From Vicinamibacteria bacterium (GTDB taxonomy: Bacteria > Acidobacteriota > Vicinamibacteria > Vicinamibacterales > JAENWD01), in assembly GCA_963806705.1 (NCBI GenBank), contig CAWDZE010000012.1:515553-579552 (forward strand): a stretch of DNA of 64,000 nucleotides, read 5' to 3'. Position numbers and translations under genes: made by a program. The notes below the pieces were generated by a model. The model saw nothing but the letters and a program-made list of their open reading frames with translations, made no database searches and was not told the origin of the DNA. Numbering within the stretch: position 1 is the stretch's first letter; every line of letters begins with the position of its first letter. This document shows positions 1 through 11,548 of the stretch, piece after piece.

Positions 1-42
1 GTAGAACGTGGCAGGTTTTTCGGAGGCGGAAAGCGTGGTCAT
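1..42 (-). CDS. 5' end of next gene (probably LutB/LldF lactate-utilisation Fe-S protein), truncated by window edge
   Basis: ATG at 42 overlaps the lutA stop (ATGA) and reads MTTLSASEKPATFY; identity inferred only from the usual lutA-lutB order. Confidence 0.4.
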   Translation of the reverse strand, partial: MTTLSASEKPATFY

Positions 43-803
43 CGAGGCCGCCCCTCCGCGAGCACCTCGGCGAGGTGCTTCACCTTGACCGCGCTTCCTT
101 TCCGATGCAGTCCGCCGGCAATGTGCATCAGGCAACTCACGTCGGTGGCCACCAGCGTGTCGGCGCCACTGGCCTCGATGTTCCCGATCTTGCGATCGAG
201 AAGGCTCCCCGACACCTCGCTGAGCTTCACGGCAAAGAGGCCCCCGAAGCCGCAACACGTCTCGGCGTCCGGCAGCGGGCATCGCGGCGGGCCCTCGATT
301 CCCTCGAGGAGCGCCAGCGGCTGCCGCGCCACGCCGAGCCCGCGCAGCCCGTGACAGGCGGGATGGTACGTGAGCCGATCGTCGGACCGCGCCCCGACAT
401 CGGAGATGCCCAGCACGTCGACGATGAACTGCGTCAGCTCGTAGGTGCGGGCTGCCAGCGTAGCGGCGCGTGTGGCGTAAATCGGGTCGCCTTCCAGCAG
501 GTGCGGCGCCTGGTGGATCACCATGTCGCCGCACGATCCCGAGGGCACGACGACCGGCACGTCGTCGTCGCCGAAGACGTCGATGAGGTGCCGCGCCATC
601 GCGCGCGCGTCATCCCACGAGCCGGAGTTGAATGCTGGTTGTCCGCAGCAGGTCTGGTTCGGTGGCACGTCGACGGTCACGCCCAGGCGTTCGAGCAGCG
701 CAACGGTCGAGAAGCCGACATGTGGATAGATCGTGTCGATGAGGCAGGTGACGAGCAGCTTGACGCGCGTCGGGCGCCCGGGTGCGACCGGTGACTGACT
801 CAC
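39..803 (-). CDS. lutA: LutA/LldE/YkgE-type (Fe-S)-binding protein with two CCG domains
   Basis: Motifs TCLID, QTCCGQPAFNSG, PSGSC, YHPACH, CCGFGGLFAVK, SCLMHI. Confidence 0.88.
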   Translation of the reverse strand: MSQSPVAPGRPTRVKLLVTCLIDTIYPHVGFSTVALLERLGVTVDVPPNQTCCGQPAFNSGSWDDARAMARHLIDVFGDDDVPVVVPSGSCGDMVIHQAPHLLEGDPIYATRAATLAARTYELTQFIVDVLGISDVGARSDDRLTYHPACHGLRGLGVARQPLALLEGIEGPPRCPLPDAETCCGFGGLFAVKLSEVSGSLLDRKIGNIEASGADTLVATDVSCLMHIAGGLHRKGSAVKVKHLAEVLAEGRPR

Positions 804-1882
804 TTCTGTCCTTTCGACGGGTTCAGCTGATAGTAGTTACGCACGGCCCGGGAGCCGGCGCGGTCGCGCTTCTTGCGCTCCTGCTGCGCGAAGGTATCCG
901 TGCGAGCCGCCAGCGCGTCTTGTTCGGCGCGCAGTTTGTGGAAGTTGGCCAACCGCTCGGCGGGCAGCCGGCCGTCCTCAACCGCCTGTTTCACCGCGCA
1001 CTTCGGCTCGGTGGCGTGCTGGCAGTCCGCGAAGTAGCAGTCGGCACCGAGCGTGGCGATATCGTCGAAAGCCTCGACCATGCCAGCATCGGCACTCCAG
1101 AGCTGGAGTTCGCGCATGCCCGGTGTGTCGATGAGCAACGCGCCGCCGGGCAGGACGATCAGCTCACGATGCGTCGTGGTGTGCTTCCCGCGATGATCGG
1201 AGTCGCGCACTTCCTGGGTCGCGAGCCGTTCGTTGCCCACCAGCCGGTTGATCAGCGTGGACTTGCCCACCCCGGAGGACCCGAGCACCACCAGCGTGTG
1301 CCCCGGGACCAGATACGGCGCCAGCGCGTCGAGGCCGTTGCTGTGCTTCGCGCTGATGGCGTGGACCGGCACGCCCAGGGCGATGCCACCGACGTCGGCG
1401 GAGAGCGCTTCGACCTGGTCGGACAGGTCGGTCTTGTTGATGAGGATCACCGGCGTCGCGCCGCTCTCCCACGTCATGGCAAGGTAACGCTCGAGCCGGC
1501 GCAGGTTGAGGTCCTGATCGAAGGCCGTCATCAGGAACGCCGTGTCGACGTTGGTCGCCAGGATCTGCTCGGTGGTGTCGGTGCCGGCGGCCTTGCGCGA
1601 GAACACGCTCTTCCTGGGCAGGATCGCCTGAATCGTCGCCCGCCCGCCGACCGCCGTCGTCGGCTTGACCGCGACCCAGTCGCCCACCGCCGGCAGGTCG
1701 CGGCGCCCCTGGGCTTCGTGCCGCATGCGGCCGGTCGAGTCCGCCAGGTGCTCTCCGTCTTCGGTGACGACGCGAAACGTCGCGCCGTAGGCCACCGACA
1801 CGCGCGCGGGGACCAGGCCGTCGGCCGCAAACGGCTCGAAAGCGGCCTCCATGGCGTCGGTCCAGCCGAGGGCGGTCAACAT
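800..1882 (-). CDS. rsgA: Ribosome small subunit-dependent GTPase A
   Basis: Circularly permuted GTPase: NKTD, GSSGVGKS, GKHTTT, DTPG; C-terminal Zn knuckle C-x4-C-x-H-x5-C. Confidence 0.95.
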   Translation of the reverse strand: MLTALGWTDAMEAAFEPFAADGLVPARVSVAYGATFRVVTEDGEHLADSTGRMRHEAQGRRDLPAVGDWVAVKPTTAVGGRATIQAILPRKSVFSRKAAGTDTTEQILATNVDTAFLMTAFDQDLNLRRLERYLAMTWESGATPVILINKTDLSDQVEALSADVGGIALGVPVHAISAKHSNGLDALAPYLVPGHTLVVLGSSGVGKSTLINRLVGNERLATQEVRDSDHRGKHTTTHRELIVLPGGALLIDTPGMRELQLWSADAGMVEAFDDIATLGADCYFADCQHATEPKCAVKQAVEDGRLPAERLANFHKLRAEQDALAARTDTFAQQERKKRDRAGSRAVRNYYQLNPSKGQK

Positions 1883-2331
1883 TATTGCGAGGGTTTCCTG
1901 GTCGCCATGTCGACGACGTTCAACGGCACGTCCCAGTGCGCGACCAGCAGCTCGAAGCGCCGCTGCTCTTCGCGATTGAACCGGGCCTGGTCCGGAAACA
2001 GCTTCAACAAGGCCGCGGCTTCGTCGAACTCCGGCGGCTTGGCGGCTCGCACCAGCTCGACCGCAAAGGTCCAGTCAGCCCGCCCGTCGCCGTGGTTCTC
2101 GGGTACCAGCGTGCGGACACGCGTGAACACACCTGCGTCGAGCTGCGCCTTCAGGATCGGGTAGTGGTTGCGCTGGAACAGGTCCATGAACTCGTTTTGA
2201 AAACCCCATTTCACCGTGTAGAAGTACCAGGTCGTCCTGGCAGCCTCGGCCGACGGCGCCGGCGCCTGTGCCGACACTCCCGACGTTGCCAGAACCGCCC
2301 CGACGACCACCGCTGCCAGTAGATGCCGCAC
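1882..2331 (-). CDS. Secreted hypothetical protein (NIPSNAP/ferredoxin-like fold possible)
   Basis: GTG at 2331 preceded by GAGGAGG and TATAAT (2353-2358); signal peptide MRHLLAAVVVGAVLATSGVSA; conserved-looking C-terminus FELLVAHWD. Confidence 0.65.
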   Translation of the reverse strand: MRHLLAAVVVGAVLATSGVSAQAPAPSAEAARTTWYFYTVKWGFQNEFMDLFQRNHYPILKAQLDAGVFTRVRTLVPENHGDGRADWTFAVELVRAAKPPEFDEAAALLKLFPDQARFNREEQRRFELLVAHWDVPLNVVDMATRKPSQ

Positions 2332-2373
2332 ACCCGCCTCCTCGATGCCGGGATTATACGGGTGTCGCCCGCG

Positions 2374-2436
2374 CTGCACTGCGGCACATCGCACCCGGCA
2401 CCGCACTCTGCACTGGGCACGCGGCACCAGGCACGG
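2374..2436 (+). repeat. Degenerate ~7-nt tandem array with GCAC core
   Basis: ctgcactgcggcacatcgcacccggcaccgcactctgcactgggcacgcggcaccaggcac. Confidence 0.6.
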
Positions 2437-2448
2437 CCCTTTTACTTC

Positions 2449-2498
2449 ATAAATACTATTTATCTGCCTTGGCACTTAGATAACCTCTGGTGTAACCT
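2449..2498 (+). promoter_or_regulatory. pheA-ilv promoter with AT-rich palindrome (T-N11-A, LysR-like box)
   Basis: ATAAAT-act-ATTTAT at 2449-2463; TTGGCA (2469-2474), 18 nt, TAACCT (2493-2498). Confidence 0.45.
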
Positions 2499-2507
2499 GT
2501 CCGGACC

Positions 2508-3350
2508 GTGCGCATCGCCTTTCAGGGCGAGCCGGGGGCCTACAGTGAGGCCGCCGCGATTCGCTACACCGACCACGCCGACCTGCTGGCCTGCGAGAGC
2601 TTCGAGCAGGTCTTCGAGGCCGTGGACCAGGGCAAGGCCACCCATGGCGTGCTGCCCGTGGAGAACTCCATCGGCGGCAGCATCCATCGCAACTACGACC
2701 TGCTTCTGGAACACGACCTCCCCATCGTCGGCGAGGTGCAGCTGGTCATCACGCACAACCTGATGGCGCTGCCCGGAACGAAGATCGACCAGCTGACGCG
2801 CATCTACTCGCACCCGCAGGCGCTGGCGCAGTGCGAGCGCTTCCTGCGCGCGCTGCCGCACGTCGCCGTCGAGGCCACGTACGACACGGCTGGCAGCGCC
2901 AAGCTCGTGAAGGAAAAGCAGCTCGTGGGCGCTGGCGCCATCGCGTCGGAGCGAGCGGCGCATGTGTTCGGCCTCGAGATTCTGAAGTCCGAGATCCAGG
3001 ACTTCTCCGACAACATCACGCGGTTCCTGGTGATCAGCCGCGTGGCCGATCCCGATCCGCTCGTGGACAAGACGACGGTCGTCTTCTCGCTGCCCAACGA
3101 GCCAGGCGCGCTGTTCAAGGCGCTGTCGGTGTTCGCGCTGCGCGACATCGACCTCACCAAGATCGAGTCGCGCCCGATCCGCGGACGGCCGTGGGAGTAC
3201 CTGTTCTACGTCGACCTGCCGCTCGGGCGCCACGATTTGCGGTGCTCGCGCGCGCTGGTCCATCTGGCCGAGTTCGCGCGGTCGATGCGCACGCTCGGGT
3301 CGTACAAGAGCTGGAAAAGCCGGGAAGCGGCCACGGCTTCGCAGGTCTGA
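2508..3350 (+). CDS. pheA: Prephenate dehydratase (PDT + ACT)
   Basis: IAFQGEPGAYSE, VLPVENS, SHPQALAQC, NITRF, LTKIESRP. Confidence 0.95.
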   Translation: MRIAFQGEPGAYSEAAAIRYTDHADLLACESFEQVFEAVDQGKATHGVLPVENSIGGSIHRNYDLLLEHDLPIVGEVQLVITHNLMALPGTKIDQLTRIYSHPQALAQCERFLRALPHVAVEATYDTAGSAKLVKEKQLVGAGAIASERAAHVFGLEILKSEIQDFSDNITRFLVISRVADPDPLVDKTTVVFSLPNEPGALFKALSVFALRDIDLTKIESRPIRGRPWEYLFYVDLPLGRHDLRCSRALVHLAEFARSMRTLGSYKSWKSREAATASQV

Positions 3351-3356
3351 TTCGTC

Positions 3357-5036
3357 ATGAGCTTTGTACCGGTCTATCGCAGAAACAGCGCGGCCATCAC
3401 CGAGGGCCCGCATCGCGCCGGCGCACGCGCGATGCTGAAGGCGGTCGGCTTCGATGACGCCGCGCTCCAGAAGCCGATTGTCGGCGTTGCCAACACGTGG
3501 ATCGAGATCGGGCCGTGCAACTATCACCTCCGGACGCTGGCCGAGCACGTCAAGCAGGGCATCCGCGAGGCCGGCGGCACGCCAATGGAGTTCAACACCG
3601 TCTCCATCTCCGACGGCATCACGATGGGCAGCCCGGGCATGCGGGCGAGCCTCATCAGCCGCGAGGTCATCGCGGATTCAATCGAGCTGGTGGCGCGCGG
3701 CAACTGCTTTGACGCCGTGATCGCGCTCTGCGGCTGCGACAAGACGATTCCCGGCACGACGATGGCTGTCGCGCGCCTGGGAGTGCCTGGCCTGGTGCTC
3801 TACGGCGGGTCGATCGCACCCGGGACGTTCCAAGGGCACGACGTCACGATTCAGGACGTCTACGAGGGCATCGGCGCGCACGCGGCCGGCAAGATGACCG
3901 ACGCTGAGCTGAAGGACCTCGAGGACCACGCGTGTCCGGGCGCCGGCGCCTGCGGCGGACAGTTCACGGCCAACACGATGGCAATGGCCATCGAGTTTCT
4001 CGGCATCGCGCCGATGGGCAGCGGCTCGGTGCCGGCCACCGATCCTGCCAAGGCCGACGTTGGCCGGGACGCCGGGCGGCTCGTGATGGACCTGGTGAAG
4101 TCCAACCTGACGCCGAAATCCATCATCACCCGCGAGTCGCTGGAGAACGCGATTACGGCTGTCCTCACCAGCGGCGGGTCGACCAACGCCGTCCTGCACC
4201 TGCTGGCAATTGCGCGGGAGTCGGGCCTGCCGCTGACCATGGACGACTTCGACGCCATGAGCCGCCGGGTGCCGACGCTGGCCGATCTCAAGCCGGGAGG
4301 GCGGTTCGTGGCGACCGACCTGCACCGCGCCGGAGGCATCCGGCTGGTGGCCAGGCGCCTGCTCGAGGCGGGGCTGCTGCACGCGAATCAGCCGACGGTG
4401 ACCGGCAGGACGATCGGCGACGAGGCGGCCAGGGCCGTCGAGACGCCTGGCCAGGAGGTCGTCCGCCCGCTCGATCGGCCGATAAAGTCCACAGGGGGCC
4501 TCGCCATCCTGAAGGGCAACCTTGCCCCGGAAGGCGCCGTAGTGAAAGTGGCGGGGTCGACCCTGCAGAACCACCGGGGCCCGGCGCGGGTGTTCGACGA
4601 CGAGCAGGGGGCGCTCGACGCCGTCCTGCACAACCAGATCAAGGCCGGCGACGTCGTCGTGATCCGGTGCGAGGGCCCGAAGGGCGGACCCGGGATGCCA
4701 GAGATGCTGGCGGTGACGGCCGCCATCGTCGGCGCGGGCCTCGGCGAATCGGTGGTGCTGCTCACTGACGGCCGCTTCTCCGGCGCAACGCGCGGCTTGA
4801 TGGCCGGGCACGTGGCTCCCGAAGCGGTGGCGGGCGGGCCGATTGGGGCGCTGCGCGAAGGCGACACGATCGTGTTCGACATCCCGAACCGCCGGCTCGA
4901 CGTGGAGTTGAACGACAGCGAAATTGCGGCGCGGCTGAAGGCATGGACGCCGCCGCCGCCGAGATACACGAGCGGCGTCATGGCGAAGTACGCGAAGTTG
5001 GTGGCGTCGGCGAGTGAAGGCGCGATTACGGGGTGA
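3357..5036 (+). CDS. ilvD: Dihydroxy-acid dehydratase
   Basis: [40 protein letters not shown]. Confidence 0.97.
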   Translation: MSFVPVYRRNSAAITEGPHRAGARAMLKAVGFDDAALQKPIVGVANTWIEIGPCNYHLRTLAEHVKQGIREAGGTPMEFNTVSISDGITMGSPGMRASLISREVIADSIELVARGNCFDAVIALCGCDKTIPGTTMAVARLGVPGLVLYGGSIAPGTFQGHDVTIQDVYEGIGAHAAGKMTDAELKDLEDHACPGAGACGGQFTANTMAMAIEFLGIAPMGSGSVPATDPAKADVGRDAGRLVMDLVKSNLTPKSIITRESLENAITAVLTSGGSTNAVLHLLAIARESGLPLTMDDFDAMSRRVPTLADLKPGGRFVATDLHRAGGIRLVARRLLEAGLLHANQPTVTGRTIGDEAARAVETPGQEVVRPLDRPIKSTGGLAILKGNLAPEGAVVKVAGSTLQNHRGPARVFDDEQGALDAVLHNQIKAGDVVVIRCEGPKGGPGMPEMLAVTAAIVGAGLGESVVLLTDGRFSGATRGLMAGHVAPEAVAGGPIGALREGDTIVFDIPNRRLDVELNDSEIAARLKAWTPPPPRYTSGVMAKYAKLVASASEGAITG

Positions 5037-5051
5037 GACGAGGACGAACAA

Positions 5052-5153
5052 CCACGATGATCACGAAGGACGGCACGAAAGGCCACGAAGGCTTGCTCGT
5101 CCAAACAGACCTTCGTGACCTTCGTGTAAGGCTTCGTGACCTTCGTGATTGTG
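5052..5153. repeat. Inverted array of ~9-nt CACGAAG/CTTCGTG units
   Basis: Left arm cacgatgatcacgaaggacggcacgaaaggccacgaagg; right arm ccttcgtgaccttcgtgtaaggcttcgtgaccttcgtgattgtg. Confidence 0.8.
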
Positions 5154-5170
5154 ATGACTTTGGATTGCAT

Positions 5171-6880
<1,710 letters not shown>

Positions 6881-6882
6881 AG

Positions 6883-6983
6883 AATTGCAGATTGTAGATT
6901 GCAAATTGCAGATTGAACGAAATTCACGGGAACGGAATGCGCAATTTCTTAATCTGCAATCTGCAATCTGAAATCTGCAATTG
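6883..6983. repeat. Inverted heptamer array (AGATTGC)n ... (GCAATCT)n
   Basis: aattgcagattgtagattgcaaattgcagattga ... ttaatctgcaatctgcaatctgaaatctgcaatt. Confidence 0.85.
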
Positions 6984-6993
6984 AGAATTCGAT

Positions 6994-7544
6994 ATGCTAC
7001 ATACCTTAGTCGTCTACGTAGAGGATAAGCCCGGCGTCCTGAACCGCGTGGCGTCGCTCTTCCGGCGCCGCGCGTTCAACATCGACTCGTTGACGGTCGG
7101 CCACACCGAGACGCCGGGCGTCTCGCGCATGACCATCGTGTGCGACGCCGACCAGGCGGCGGCGCGGCGGGTCGAGGCCAACATCTACAAGCTGGTCGAT
7201 GTGCTGCGGGTCGACGACATCACCGCACAGCCGGCCGTCGAGCGCGAGCTGGCGATGATCAAGGTCGCGGCGACGCACGAGACGCGCACGCAGATCATCC
7301 AGCTGGCCGGCGTCTTCCGCGCGCGGACGGTGGACGTCTCCAACGACTCGCTGATCGTCGAGATCACCGGCAGCGGCGACAAGGTCGAGCGGCTGCTCGA
7401 CGTGCTGAAGCCGTACGGCGTGCTCGAGATGGTCCGGACCGGCCGCGTCGCGATGGCGCGCGGGCCGCGCCCGGCCGAGAAGCTCGAGGATCGCTTCGCC
7501 GGCGAAGACGCGCACGACGACGCGGGGGTTTCGTATCGGTCTAA
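6994..7544 (+). CDS. ilvN: Acetolactate synthase small subunit (probable 1-nt indel near the 3' end)
   Basis: [36 protein letters not shown]; restoring one base gives ...GVSYSV-TAA (7542-7544), otherwise the ORF reads into the octamer repeat to 7590. Confidence 0.9.
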
Positions 7545-7546
7545 CC

Positions 7547-7618
7547 CGGTTCCACGGTTCACAGGTTCACGGGTTCACAGGTTCACGTAGTTCACGGGTT
7601 CACAGGTTCACAGGTTCC
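7547..7618 (+). repeat. Octamer tandem array (GGTTCACR)n
   Basis: ggttcacaggttcacgggttcacaggttcacgtagttcacgggttcacaggttcacaggttc. Confidence 0.9.
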
Positions 7619-7633
7619 GCCGACAGAAGACGC

Positions 7634-8656
7634 ATGGCTACTATTTATTACGACAAAGACGCCGATCTCTCGCTCATTCAATCCAGAAACGTCGCCATCA
7701 TCGGCTACGGGTCGCAGGGCCACGCGCACTCGCTGAACCTCAAGGACAGCGGCGTCAACGTCTGCGTCGGTTTGGCCGAGGGGAGCAAGTCGGCCGCCAA
7801 GGCGCGCGCCGCGGGCCTGGACGTCAAGACCGTGGCCGAGGCTGCCAGGTGGGCGGACGTCATCATGGTCCTGGTGCCCGACACGACGGCGCCGAAGCTG
7901 TATCGCGAGTCGATTGCGCCGCACCTGACCGCCGGCAAGACGCTGATGTTCGCCCACGGATTCAACATCCGGTACGGCACGATCACGCCGCCCAAAGACG
8001 TCGACGTGTCGATGATCGCGCCCAAGTCGCCGGGCCACCGCGTCCGTGAGCTGTTTGTCGAAGGCGGCGGGACGCCGGCCCTGGTGGCGGTCGAGCAGGA
8101 CGCCAGCGGAAAGGCCCTGGCGCAGGCCCTGTCCTACGGCAAGGGCATCGGCACGACCCGCGCCGGCGTGCTGGTGACGACCTTCACCGAGGAGACAGAG
8201 ACGGATCTGTTCGGCGAGCAGGCCGTGCTCTGCGGCGGCGTGAGCGAGCTCGTGAAGGCGGGCTTCAAAACGCTGGTCGACGCGGGCTATCAGCCCGAGG
8301 TGGCCTACTTCGAGTGCCTGCACGAATTGAAGCTGATTGTCGACCTGATGTATCGCGGCGGATTGAACTACATGCGCTACTCGGTGAGCGACACGGCCGA
8401 GTACGGCGACTACACGGCCGGCCCACGCGTCATCGGCAAAGAGGCGCGCGCCGAGATGCAGAAGCTGCTGGCCGAGATTCAGGACGGCACGTTCGCGAAA
8501 AAGTGGGTGAAGGAGAACGAGGACGGCCGTCCGTGGTTCGGGCCGCACCGCGCCTCGGAGCAGACGCAGATCCTCGAGGAGGTCGGCTCGAGGCTGCGCG
8601 CGCTGATGCCGTTCATCCAGCCCGTGACCGTGCGCCCGGACGGGCAGGGCGCCTAG
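7634..8656 (+). CDS. ilvC: Ketol-acid reductoisomerase
   Basis: [35 protein letters not shown]. Confidence 0.97.
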   Translation: MATIYYDKDADLSLIQSRNVAIIGYGSQGHAHSLNLKDSGVNVCVGLAEGSKSAAKARAAGLDVKTVAEAARWADVIMVLVPDTTAPKLYRESIAPHLTAGKTLMFAHGFNIRYGTITPPKDVDVSMIAPKSPGHRVRELFVEGGGTPALVAVEQDASGKALAQALSYGKGIGTTRAGVLVTTFTEETETDLFGEQAVLCGGVSELVKAGFKTLVDAGYQPEVAYFECLHELKLIVDLMYRGGLNYMRYSVSDTAEYGDYTAGPRVIGKEARAEMQKLLAEIQDGTFAKKWVKENEDGRPWFGPHRASEQTQILEEVGSRLRALMPFIQPVTVRPDGQGA

Positions 8657-9826
8657 GGAATCGGCACTATCCTCAAGAGCCTGTCGTCATCGGCAACCGG
8701 CGTGGTCCTGCCATCCCGGTTGCTCGTGCAGAAGGTACAGGAACCCGTCAGGCCCTGATACGACGTCACGTAGTCGTCCGTATCGGTTTTCGACCAGCCG
8801 TTCCTGCGCGGTGATGCGACGGCCGTCCACGGTCACGCGCAGCAGCGCCATGCCCCGCAGCGTCGCGACGAAGAACTGATTCCGAAACGCCGGTATGGCG
8901 GTGCCTCGATAGAACGAGGCGCCGGACGGCGCGACGGCCGGCACGAAGAACGTCGCCGGCGTCACCATGTCGGGCCGCGTCTCAGCGGCCTCGATGACGG
9001 GCCATCCGTAGTTGAAGCCGAGATCGATGACGTTGATCTCGTCGTTGTTGGTCTGGCCGTGCTCGGTCTCCCAGAGGTCGCCGGTGACCGGGTGCCAGTC
9101 GATGCCCTGCGGGTTGCGATGGCCAAGCGAGAAGACCGGCGATGCGAAGCGATTGCCTGGGGCGCTGAGGCCCTCGTCGGTGAGGCGCAGAATCTTGCCG
9201 TTGAGCGAGGCGGCGTCCTGCGCGAGCGAGGGCGTCGCGGCATCGCCGAAGGTCACGTAAAGACGGCCGTCGGGGCCGAACTTCACTCGCGAGCCGTTGT
9301 GGATGTTATTGGCCGGCACGTCGTCGAGCAGGACGACGCCTTCGGCGAGCCGGTTCGCGACTTCACGAAACCGCATCAGTCGCGCAATCGGACCGCGCGG
9401 GCCGTTGGCGGTGTAGGTGAGGTAGACGAAGCGGTTCGTCGCGAAGTCGGGGTGAACGGCGAGGCCGAGAATGCCGCTTTCGTCGCGTGTGAAGACGTCG
9501 GTGAGGGTCAGCGCCGGCGCGGCGACGAGCGCGCCGTTCTGATAAACGCGCACGCGGCCCGGTCGCTCGCTGATCAGCAGGCGTCCATCCGGTGTGAACG
9601 CGAGGCTCCAGGGAATCTGCAGTCCCGTGACCAGCGTCTGCACGCCGTACCGGGTGCCGTCGGCCGCCGTGAACGTCGTCGTCGGGAACCCACCTGGGTT
9701 GTTGCCTCCTCCGCCGGGTGGCGGGTCCGTTCCCGGATCCGGATCCGGACTCGGGGATCCCCCGCAGCCAAGCAGCACTCCCAACAGAAGCAACGCAATT
9801 GGCTGAGCTAACCCACGCGCATCCAT
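8653..9826 (-). CDS. PQQ-dependent sugar dehydrogenase (GSDH family) lipoprotein; frameshift near 8735
   Basis: Lipobox LLGC; [33 protein letters not shown]; the alternative frame continues FCTSNRDGR...[11 protein letters not shown]. Confidence 0.85.
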
Positions 9827-9843
9827 CATCCGATCCTAACCCC

Positions 9844-10041
9844 CGGGGTCGGGCCTCGCAGCCTTTCGGGGTCGGGGCTGTCGATCGCAAAATTTGCAGC
9901 ACGCGCGAGCCACTTTAGCGATCAAGCTCGGCTGCTGAGATCGGCCGAATGTCGACTACTGGCCGATCTCAGCAGCCGAGCTTAGGGGCCAATCGGCGTA
10001 AAGCCATGGAAAGAACTGACGTACCACGAGGCCCGACCCCG
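9844..10041. mobile_element. MITE/REP-like element with 15-bp terminal inverted repeats and a 23-bp perfect internal hairpin
   Basis: CGGGGTCGGGCCTCG (9844-9858) / CGAGGCCCGACCCCG (10027-10041); AAGCTCGGCTGCTGAGATCGGCC (9924-9946) / its reverse complement (9961-9983). Confidence 0.6.
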
Positions 10042-10054
10042 TATGCTCGGAGGC

Positions 10055-11539
10055 ATGCGGATGAGGCGGGCGATTGGGTTTTTTGCGCTTTCATTGTGTG
10101 TTGCGCCGATAGGTGCGCAGGGTCCGTCGTTCATCGACGCGTATCGCGAGCCGGTCGCGCGCGTAATCGCGGCGGCCACGGCGGACCAGTTCGCCTGGAA
10201 TCGCCTCGCGCTGCTGACCGACACGTTTGGCCATCGACTCAGCGGCTCCCAGGCGCTCGAAGACGCCATCGCGTGGTCGGTCGAGACGATGAAGGCCGAT
10301 GGCTTCGACCAGGTCTGGACCGACCCAGTGAAGGTGCCGAAGTGGGTCCGCGGCGCCGAGTCGCTCGACCTGATCGCTCCGCGCACCCACCGCATACCGA
10401 TGCTCGGCCTCGGCATGAGCGTCGGCACGCCGCGCGACGGCATCGAGGCCGACGTTCTTGTCGTCGGCGGCTTCGCCGAACTCGAGCGCCGCAGCGCGGA
10501 GGCGCGCGGGCGCATCGTGCTGTTCAACGCGCCCTATCGCGGCTACGGGCAGACGGTCGCCTACCGCACCAACGGCGCCTCGCAGGCGGCTCAGCACGGA
10601 GCCGTCGCGATGCTCGTGCGCTCGGTGGGACCCGACGGGCTGCGGACGCCCCACACCGGCATGCTCACCTATCGCACCGGTGTGCCGCAGATCCCCGCCG
10701 CCGCGATCCCCGCCGAAGACGCACAGCGGCTCGCGCGCCTGGCGGCTGGCGGCCAGCGGCTGCGCGTGCGCCTGAAGATGGAGGCGCGTCTCGATCCCGA
10801 CGCTGACTCGGCCAACGTCATCGCCGAGTTGCGTGGACGCGAACGCCCCGACGAGATCGTCGTCGTGTCGTGCCATTTCGACTCGTGGGATGTCGGCACC
10901 GGCGCCAGCGACAATGCCGGCGGGTGCGTCGCAGCCTGGGAAGCGGCGCGCCTGCTGAAGCAGCTGGACCTGCGGCCCCGGCGGACCGTGCGGGTGGTGC
11001 TCTACACGAACGAAGAAAACGGCCTGCGCGGAGGGCTCGACTATCGCACCCGCTACCAGGCCTCGCTCGATCGCCACGTGCTGATGATCGAGTCGGACCT
11101 GGGCGTGGCGGCACCCTCGGGATTCGGCTTCAGCGGCAACGACACGGCGCGCGCGCAGGTCGCCGCGGTAGCCTCGCTGCTCGGACCGATTGGCGCGACG
11201 CATATCGGGCCATCCGGCGGCGGCGCGGACATCGGACCCAGTGTCGCCGCGGCCCGCATCCCGTCGATGTCGCCGGAAGTCGACTCGACGAAGTACTTCG
11301 GCGTCCACCACACCGAAGCCGACACGGTCGATCGCATCGACCCGACCGACCTCTCCAGGCACGTCGCCGCGCTTGCCGTAATGACGTATGTCGTTGCGGA
11401 CATGCCCGCACGGCTCGGCGAAGCGTGGGCACGCGGTGACGCCGTCAATCACAGGGACACGAGGACACGGAGACGCACAGAGATCTTCATTCAACGGATC
11501 ACCTGTGTGTCTTCTGTGTCCTGGTCGCGTATCCACTGA
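10055..11539 (+). CDS. M28 family metallopeptidase (carboxypeptidase Q-like, PA domain), secreted
   Basis: Signal peptide; HRLSGS, HFDSWDVGTGASDNAGG, NEENGL, IESD, HHTEADT; last ~35 aa are repeat-encoded. Confidence 0.9.
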   Translation: MRMRRAIGFFALSLCVAPIGAQGPSFIDAYREPVARVIAAATADQFAWNRLALLTDTFGHRLSGSQALEDAIAWSVETMKADGFDQVWTDPVKVPKWVRGAESLDLIAPRTHRIPMLGLGMSVGTPRDGIEADVLVVGGFAELERRSAEARGRIVLFNAPYRGYGQTVAYRTNGASQAAQHGAVAMLVRSVGPDGLRTPHTGMLTYRTGVPQIPAAAIPAEDAQRLARLAAGGQRLRVRLKMEARLDPDADSANVIAELRGRERPDEIVVVSCHFDSWDVGTGASDNAGGCVAAWEAARLLKQLDLRPRRTVRVVLYTNEENGLRGGLDYRTRYQASLDRHVLMIESDLGVAAPSGFGFSGNDTARAQVAAVASLLGPIGATHIGPSGGGADIGPSVAAARIPSMSPEVDSTKYFGVHHTEADTVDRIDPTDLSRHVAALAVMTYVVADMPARLGEAWARGDAVNHRDTRTRRRTEIFIQRITCVSSVSWSRIH

Positions 11540-11545
11540 TTGACG
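11443..11545. repeat. Inverted ~9-nt-unit element (CACAGAG/CTCTGTG family)
   Basis: cgtcaatcacagggacacgaggacacggagacgcacagag ... ctgtgtgtcttctgtgtcc...tgattgacg. Confidence 0.7.
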
Positions 11546-11548
11546 TCA

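Noticed and set aside
5033-5170. IlvB N-terminal extension or ilv leader peptide (LRDLRVRLRDLR)
   Set aside because: It is the translation of the 9-nt inverted repeat; no terminator or Ile/Leu/Val run in a separate ORF; true start is 5171
7547-7618. Repeat arrays as CRISPR
   Set aside because: Units are 7-9 nt with no unique 25-45-nt spacers, and there are no cas genes
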